This document shows, in pieces, positions 25,375 through 34,537 of a stretch of DNA of 34,537 bases (within the stretch, counting starts at the first letter, position 1; each line of letters starts with the position of its first letter). The stretch spans positions 1 to 34,537 of the forward strand of contig CAXHJY010001345.1 of assembly GCA_964016885.1 (NCBI GenBank), written 5' to 3'. A program made the position numbers and the translations under genes. The DNA is from Eledone cirrhosa. Lineage: Eukaryota. The notes beneath the pieces are model-generated. The model was not told the origin of the DNA, did no database searches, and was given only the letters and a program-made list of their open reading frames with translations.

Positions 25375-25634
25375 AAGTAATTCCATCGGAAAAGTCCAGG
25401 AAAAAAGAGTGCTCTATGTAGGCAACAGAGCTTAATTATTATTATTATGTAATAAACAACATAAGGCAATTATTCCATTTACCAGTGGTTTCTTAAAAGC
25501 AAAAGGTTTTGATTTTAAGAAACCACTGGTAAATGGAATAATTGCCTTATGTTGTTTATTACATAATAATAATAATTATATATATATATATACAATATAT
25601 TAATAAATGGAAACTATATTTATAAAACCATAAT

Positions 25635-25700
25635 TATTTTATTATATATATTTCAAGGGCAACCAAGGCAAATTTTGGTGCGCTTTCATCAGATAAAATA
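25635..25700 (-). ncRNA. Type-I hammerhead, apparently intact
   Basis: Minus strand TATTTTAT-CTGATGA-AAGCGCACCAA...TTGGTTGCCCTT-GAAA-TATATA-TA-ATAAAATA. Stem I is a perfect 8 bp and stem III is the palindrome ATATATAT. Confidence 0.8.
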
Positions 25701-25837
25701 CAAAATTTGTTTTATAAATGTTGACATACCCGCGGAAAAACAATTTTGACGGTTTAATTTTTTCCACTATCCAGAGAACCTTAAACCATCAAGGTTGTTT
25801 TTCCGCGGGTATGTCAACATTTATAAAACAAATTTTG

Positions 25838-25903
25838 TATTTTATCTGATGAAAGCGCACCAACATTTCCCTTGGTTGCCCTTGAAATATATGTAATAAC
25901 ATA
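25838..25903 (+). ncRNA. Type-I hammerhead, inverted partner of 25635-25700
   Basis: TATTTTAT-CTGATGA-AAGCGCACCAA...TTGGTTGCCCTT-GAAA-TATATG-TA-ATAACATA. It has a GUA site and one stem I mismatch. Confidence 0.75.
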
Positions 25904-26034
25904 AATATAGTTTTATAAATATAGTTTCCATTTATTAATATCATTGATATTATACACCAGAAAACCTGTAGAGTGCTTCGAATGTGTTATAAATAAATTT
26001 GTTGAATAACCAACAAATTAAATTTCTCTTTGTT

Positions 26035-26080
26035 TAGATATACATATATGCATATATATAGATATAGATATATGTATATA

Positions 26081-26138
<58 letters not shown>

Positions 26139-26545
26139 TATATATATATGCATATATATATATATATATATATATGCATATATATATATATATATATATA
26201 TGCATATATATATGCATATATATAGATATACATATATGCATATATATAGATATACATATATGCATATATATAGATATAGATATATGTATATATGCATATA
26301 CATATATATATATATATATGCATATATATATATGCATATATATATATCATATATATATATATATATATGCATATATATATATATATGCATATATATATGC
26401 ATATATATATATGCATATATATATATATGCATATATATATATATGCATATATATAGATATGCATATATATATATATATATATGCATATATATATATATAT
26501 GCATATATATATATGCATATATATATATATGCATATATATATATA

Positions 26546-26611
<66 letters not shown>

Positions 26612-26684
26612 TATATATAGATAGATATATGCATATATATATATGCATATATATATAGATAGATATATGCATATATATATATGC

Positions 26685-26716
<32 letters not shown>

Positions 26717-26729
26717 GCATATATATATA

Positions 26730-26775
<46 letters not shown>

Positions 26776-26836
26776 TATATATATATGCATATATATATAT
26801 ATGCATATATATGTATATATGCATATATATCTATAT
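26035..26836. repeat. (TA)n tract with periodic GC (ATGCAT) interruptions
   Basis: Direct inspection. Confidence 0.95.
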
Positions 26837-27109
26837 GAAGAGAGAGAGAAAGACAGAGAGAGAGTGTGTGTGTGTGTGAGTCAGACAGACATTCAGATAG
26901 AGAGAGAGGAGGGTGGGGCGGGGTGTGTGTGGGGGGGGGGGGTATCCAGATGTGTTTGGATTAATTTGTCCGGTCTGAATGGAAAGTAACGGATCGATTC
27001 TATCCACCCTTGCACCCTTCCACCCCTCCATGAATTATGGAATATTCCCTGTTTCAATGTCAGGTCATCACGTTAACAACCGGACATGGTGGTGGTGGTG
27101 GTGGGACTA

Positions 27110-27663
27110 TAAGAGAGAGGGGGGTTAGGGAGGGAGGGGAGAGAAATTGAGAGAGGTACAGTGAGACAGGTACAGAAAGAGAGAGAGAGATGTGGAGAGA
27201 CAGAGGGAGAGAGAGAGAGAGAGACTGACGCAGAGATAGATAGAGAGAGAGAGAATGGGACAGGTGCAGAGAAAGAGAGAGAGACACAGAAAGAGAGCTA
27301 TAGGTACAGAGAGAGAGAGAGAGAGAAAGATTGTGGAGAGAGATTGGAGATTGAGAGAGGTACAGAGAGGGAGAGAGATTGAGAAAGGTACAGCGAGAGA
27401 TGTGCAGAGAACGAGGGAGAGAGGGAGAGGTACAGAGAAAGAGAGAGAGGGGGAGAGAGATTGAGAAAGGTACAGCGAGAGAGGTGCAAAGAGCGATAGA
27501 GGGAGAGAGAGAGAGAGGGGGGGGGGAGATTGAGAAAGGTCCAGCGAGAGAGGTGCAGAGAACGAGGGAGAGAGGGAGAGGTACAGAAAGAGAGAGAGAG
27601 AGGGGGGGCAGAGATTGAGAAAGGTACAGCGAGAGAGGTGCAAAGAACGAGAGACAGAGAGGA

Positions 27664-27694
<31 letters not shown>
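27110..27694. repeat. Purine-rich AG minisatellite with recurring GAGATTGAGAAAGGTACAGCGAGAGAGGTGCA units
   Basis: The motif recurs at about 27375, 27457, 27526 and 27611 within (AG)n. Confidence 0.85.
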
Positions 27695-27784
27695 TACCCT
27701 CTCTCGTCAGTTAAACATAATTCGATGGAAGAATAATATTTTGTGTTTCATACGCCATCAATATGTAAAAAGATGACATCGGGA

Positions 27785-28357
27785 ACACACACATACACAC
27801 ACATACACACACATACACATACACACACATACACAAGACACACACAGACACGCACAGACACGCACATACACACACATATACATAGCCACACAGACACACA
27901 CATACACACAGATACACACACATACACACACACACAGACACAGACACATACATACAACACCCATTGAACTAATGTGTTATACAGACGACGTGATTTCAGA
28001 TACACACACACACATGTGTGTGTGTGTGATATAGACATGATTTCACAAACACACACAGACAGATACATACGCGTGTGTGAGTGTAATATATAGGCATGAT
28101 TTCACACATACTTACACTTACACACACTTACTTGCACACACACACACACTTACACTTACACACACTTACACAAACACACTTACACAAACACACAGACACT
28201 TACACACACACATACATACACACACTTACACACACACACTTACACACACACACTTACACGCACACTTACACAAACACACACACTTACAAACACAAACACA
28301 AACACACTTACACACACACACACTTATACACACAACACAACACACGTGTATGTGTGT

Positions 28358-28405
<48 letters not shown>

Positions 28406-28413
28406 TGTATATA

Positions 28414-28456
<43 letters not shown>

Positions 28457-28490
28457 TGTATATATATATGTGTATATATATATATATAGA
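27785..28490. repeat. (CA)n-derived repeats including a (CACACTTA)n-type unit, followed by (TA)n
   Basis: Direct inspection. Confidence 0.9.
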
Positions 28491-28835
28491 CATTAGTTCA
28501 CACACCAACAAAGATATGTCGACTTCGATCACCAGAAAAGGGAGAAAATAAAATGCTAAAAAGAAGAAAAAGCACAGAGAAAAAAAAAAACCAACAAAAA
28601 CCTGAACAGAAATATCAAAATATTTGATTAATTTCTTCGCTAAAATTATAGATTTCATTGTCTTTTTACTGTCAAACGGTCTGCTGATCAATAAGGTGCT
28701 TACTGTTCAATACTGGTGAAAGTCAAGATTTTCAATCATTGAAATATCAATAATAGTAACAATAAAAGCAACAACAATAAAAACAAAATGGACTTTCTTG
28801 TTGTTTCATGATATATTATCACTATAGCAAATAGA

Positions 28836-28849
28836 CATATATATATATG

Positions 28850-28880
<31 letters not shown>

Positions 28881-28924
28881 ATGTATGTATATATATATAT
28901 ATACATGTGTGTGTGTATGTACAT

Positions 28925-28975
<51 letters not shown>

Positions 28976-28979
28976 TATA

Positions 28980-29019
<40 letters not shown>

Positions 29020-29063
29020 TATATATATATATATATATATATTCATATATATACATATATATA

Positions 29064-29115
<52 letters not shown>

Positions 29116-29186
29116 TATATTCATATATATACATATATATATATATATATTCATATATATACATATATATATACATATATATATAC

Positions 29187-29259
<73 letters not shown>

Positions 29260-29451
29260 CATACATATATATAAGTATATATATACGTATATATAAGTAT
29301 ATATACATATATAAAAGTGGATGAATACCTCAACAGGTACTAAACTTTTTATATACATATATATATATATATGTGTGTGTGTGTAACTATACATATATCT
29401 ATACACATATATACATATAAATGTATATATATATTTATATATATATATACT

Positions 29452-29482
<31 letters not shown>

Positions 29483-29561
29483 GTATACACATATATATAT
29501 ATATATGTATATACATATATATATATATATACAAATATATATGTATATGCATATATATATG

Positions 29562-29617
<56 letters not shown>
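28836..29617. repeat. (TA)n microsatellite field
   Basis: Direct inspection. Confidence 0.93.
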
Positions 29618-29622
<5 letters not shown>

Positions 29623-29810
29623 AAGGAGGTGTGGTAAGGAACCAGATGGACCATAACGCACCAGAGTACTCAATACTTAGGGTAGTAGAGTGGGTAATAG
29701 GAACAAGTATATATATATATAATAGGAAAAATACTTATTCCTATATATATATATATATAAATATATATATATATGTATGTATATATATATATATATTTAT
29801 ATACATATAT

Positions 29811-29880
29811 CTCTTTTACTCTTTTACTCTTTTACCTGTTTCAGCCATCCGGCTGAGGCCATGCTGGGGCACCGCCCTTG
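29811..29880 (-). mobile_element. 3' end fragment of an abundant octopus-type SINE with an (AGTAAAAG)n tail
   Basis: Minus strand AAGGGCGGTGCCCCAGCATGGCCTCAGCCGGATGGCTGAAACAGGTAAAAGAGTAAAAGAGTAAAAGAG. The family is recognised from memory. Confidence 0.65.
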
Positions 29881-30130
29881 TTGCTACACATTTTATCTCC
29901 AGCCTGTATAGGTTGGCCACTGGTGTAGGAGGGAGTTTGTTGCTGCTGCCCTTAGGTATGTATATATACATATATATATGTATGTATATATACATATATA
30001 TATGTATGTATATATACATATATATATGTATGTATATATACACATATATATATGTATGTATGTATATATACATATATATATATATGTATATATACATATA
30101 TATATTTGTATGTATATATACATATATATA

Positions 30131-30167
<37 letters not shown>

Positions 30168-30299
30168 GTATATGGTTATGTTTAGTTTCACGGTCCATGA
30201 AATTTTGCGCAAAATAACCAATAACAAAGAATTCCCTACCTGTTTTACAGGAATTTGAATTGGTGGATATATTGAGTATATATGAGTGTGTGTGTATGT

Positions 30300-30303
30300 A
30301 GTG

Positions 30304-30336
<33 letters not shown>

Positions 30337-30456
30337 GTATATGTATATACATGTATATATATATATATATATGTTGGAATACTGTTGGCTTCTTGCTACA
30401 ATCATTTCTATACTTTTCATATATATGTATATATATATATGTATATACATGTATAT

Positions 30457-30488
<32 letters not shown>

Positions 30489-30871
30489 GTATATACATGT
30501 ATATATATATGTATATATATATGTATATATATGTATATATATTTATGTATATATATATATGTATATATACGTATATATATATATGTATATATATGTATAT
30601 AAATATATATATATATATGTATATATATGTATATAAATATATATATATATGTATATAAATATGTATATAGATGTATACAAATATGTATATATATATATAT
30701 ATGTATATATATGTACGTATATATATGTATATATATGTATATATATGTATATATATGTACATATATAATTTATATGTATGTATATGTACATATATATATA
30801 TATGTATGTATATGTATATATAGATATATTTATATATATATATGTATATGTATATATATATATACACATAC

Positions 30872-30902
<31 letters not shown>

Positions 30903-30912
30903 CACATACATA

Positions 30913-30974
<62 letters not shown>

Positions 30975-30979
30975 TATAT

Positions 30980-31020
<41 letters not shown>
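30300..31020. repeat. (TA)n/(TATG)n microsatellite field
   Basis: Direct inspection. Confidence 0.93.
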
Positions 31021-31023
<3 letters not shown>

Positions 31024-31630
31024 TGGCTGCCAACTCGTTTTCGAGTACGGCCACTACTTTATATCCATGTAGGAGAACCCCTACCGATGCGCTGAACGAG
31101 TGTGACTTTTCAATCCAGCCAGCGACTTGAAAACTCTAGTACAAACACTACACCTGTGACAATGATTGACACACAGTGCTGGGCCCATGGTACCATGTGA
31201 CGACAAGTGCAGAGAGATCTCCAGATATAAAGCAATGCCTGTGCCGTGAAGCTTTTATAGTGAGCAAAGGCACTGCACAAAGCCAGTCCCACTCTCTTAA
31301 CCAAGATGATATTTACCAAAAAGAAGAACAAGTCAACATCATTGGATACCATCAGGGTTGCAGGTGTTATATCAGAGTTTTCCTTCTCCTAGAATTCTGC
31401 CTTGACAAAGGCTAAGGGGTCATCTCTCCCAGTGATTTTGGATGGCCATTGACTCTTAAGAGCTCCTTTGCCCTTTGACAGGTTTTGTTTTTAGTCCTGC
31501 AGGATGTCCAAAGTCACCCTCCTCACCAAGAAACCTTGGTGGGGTTGCCAGTTTAGTCGCCAACGACCCGACCATGAGACAGGTTGTACTGGGATACATG
31601 TTACCGGTAGCACCAACTGGTGACCTGACA
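31020..31630 (-). mobile_element. Internally deleted (bipartite) non-autonomous RTE derivative, ~610 bp
   Basis: The minus strand has an RTE-type 5' UTR motif (CTAGGAGAAGGAAAACTCTGAT, recognised from memory). About 210 nt later come the C-terminal finger [25 protein letters not shown] and the end ...GGCAGCCACCA. There is (TA)n on both sides. Confidence 0.7.
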
Positions 31631-31647
31631 TATATATATATACACAC

Positions 31648-31684
<37 letters not shown>

Positions 31685-31756
31685 TATTAAAATAACAGAT
31701 TAAAGTTTAAGCCCTCTTTGGATTTTAGTCTTCAAATTTATTATTATTACTATATA

Positions 31757-32935
<1,179 letters not shown>

Positions 32936-32966
32936 TAAGTATTGCTTAAAGCTTTCTCTGTTAATG

Positions 32967-33033
<67 letters not shown>

Positions 33034-33157
33034 TACTTACAAGCGTGGTTCTGTTTAGAACATTAAATTCTAGATAATATTCATTATTTAACTAAGTTCA
33101 ACAGTGCAACAATAACTTTTAAAGTATTGTCTTAGGAGTCCATCATCACTATACTGC

Positions 33158-33448
33158 CCCCTCTCTCTCTCTTCTACTTATTTTCTGTCTCTCATTCTCT
33201 GTTTTTCTCTCTCTCATCTCTCTCTCATCTATCTCCTCTTTCTTCTATTTCACTGTCTCTCTCTCTCTCTCTCTCTTTCTGTTCTCTCTCTCTTCTCTCT
33301 CTCCCTCACTCTCTCACTCTCTCTCTCCCTTCTCCTCTCTCTCTCTCCCTCACTCTCTCACACTCTCTCTCCCTTCTCCCTCTCTCTCTCTCTTTTCTCT
33401 CCCTCTCCCTCTTCTATCACTCACTCTCTTCTCTCTTTTTTTCTATTT

Positions 33449-33496
<48 letters not shown>

Positions 33497-33585
33497 CCTT
33501 ATCTCTCCTCTTTCTTTTCTATTTTTCCTCTCTCTCCTATCTCCCCTCTTTCTACTCTCTCTTTTCTCTCCTCTCTACTCTCATC
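33158..33585. repeat. Polypyrimidine (CT)n-rich low-complexity tract
   Basis: Direct inspection. Confidence 0.9.
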
Positions 33586-33876
33586 ACACTTCGAACGCAA
33601 TGGGCCATAACTCTATGCCGCCGCCAAAGATCTATCGATTCTACTGCCAACCCAAAATAATGATTTCAAATAATTTGGTAAAAACCAATAGGGTTACTCC
33701 AGGAGATCGATAAAGAGAGACGCCCCTGTCCATTTCTTTCCGTCTCCATGGATACCTTGCCTGATCTTCTCAACTATTATTTATAGTGCTCAACTATTAT
33801 TATGGTCATTTGCATTGGGAGTCACACATTTCAAATATATCTATATCAATATCTAGCTATCTCTCTTCTCTCTCTG

Positions 33877-33907
<31 letters not shown>

Positions 33908-34105
33908 TATATATATATACATGTATGTATATATATATATATATATATACTGTATATATATATATATATATATATATACTGTATATATATATACATATAT
34001 ATAAATATATATATACTGTATCTATATATATATACATATATATATATATGTATATATATATATACTGTATATATATATATACATATATATATATACTGTA
34101 TATAG

Positions 34106-34139
<34 letters not shown>

Positions 34140-34156
34140 GCATATGTAGAAGTTAC

Positions 34157-34220
34157 GCCCTTGAAATATATATAATAAAATAAATATGGTTTTATAAATA
34201 TAATTTCCATTTATTAATAT
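34157..34220 (+). mobile_element. Further fragment of the PLE pseudo-LTR family seen at 24551-25941 (3' half of the hammerhead plus tail)
   Basis: GCCCTTGAAATATATATAATAAAATAAATATGGTTTTATAAATATAATTTCCATTTATTAATAT matches 24626-24688 and 25878-25941. Confidence 0.75.
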
Positions 34221-34278
34221 CTTGGTATATATATATGTGTGTGTGTGTGTGTGTTTGTGTTTGTGTGTATGAGTATAA

Positions 34279-34373
<95 letters not shown>

Positions 34374-34435
34374 TATATACACATATTTGCATGTATATAT
34401 ACATATATGTATGTATACATATATATATGTGTGTG

Positions 34436-34476
<41 letters not shown>

Positions 34477-34537
34477 CTATATAACACATCATGGTGTCTC
34501 TAATAAGAATCTCTAACGGTCTAGATATTTTAATGAA

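Larger units (their letters stand above)
24030..25985. mobile_element. Cluster of Penelope-like pseudo-LTR remnants from several families, in direct and inverted orientation
   Basis: Multiple hammerhead cores. Inverted repeats at 24403-24464, 24551-24683, 24761-24885, 25006-25098, 25433-25578 and 25597-25941, separated by (TA)n. Confidence 0.75.

Overview
AT-rich eukaryotic repeat DNA, most likely octopus or another cephalopod (inferred from recognisable SINE motifs and the density of (TA)n/(TG)n/(AG)n microsatellites). No host protein-coding gene is supportable. The centrepiece is a head-to-tail pair of full-length ~6.1 kb Tx1/L1-clade non-LTR retrotransposons (5399-11474, 11475-17589). Each has an ORF1 with a CCHC knuckle and an intact 1139-aa APE-RT-zinc-finger ORF2, and each is preceded by and ends in (ATT)n. 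The pair appears to sit inside the 3' UTR of an older RTE LINE, whose C2H2 C-terminus is at 5096-5263 and whose 3' terminus reappears at 17614-17653. Between the microsatellites are five different type-I minimal hammerhead-ribozyme sequences of the Penelope-like-element (PLE) kind (3385, 4447, 24048, 24173, 25635/25838) plus several 3'-half remnants. Many lie in long fold-back inverted repeats that turn around at ribozyme stems. Also present are a 15-copy ~109-bp satellite made from RTE coding sequence, an internally deleted RTE derivative, and tRNA-derived SINEs.
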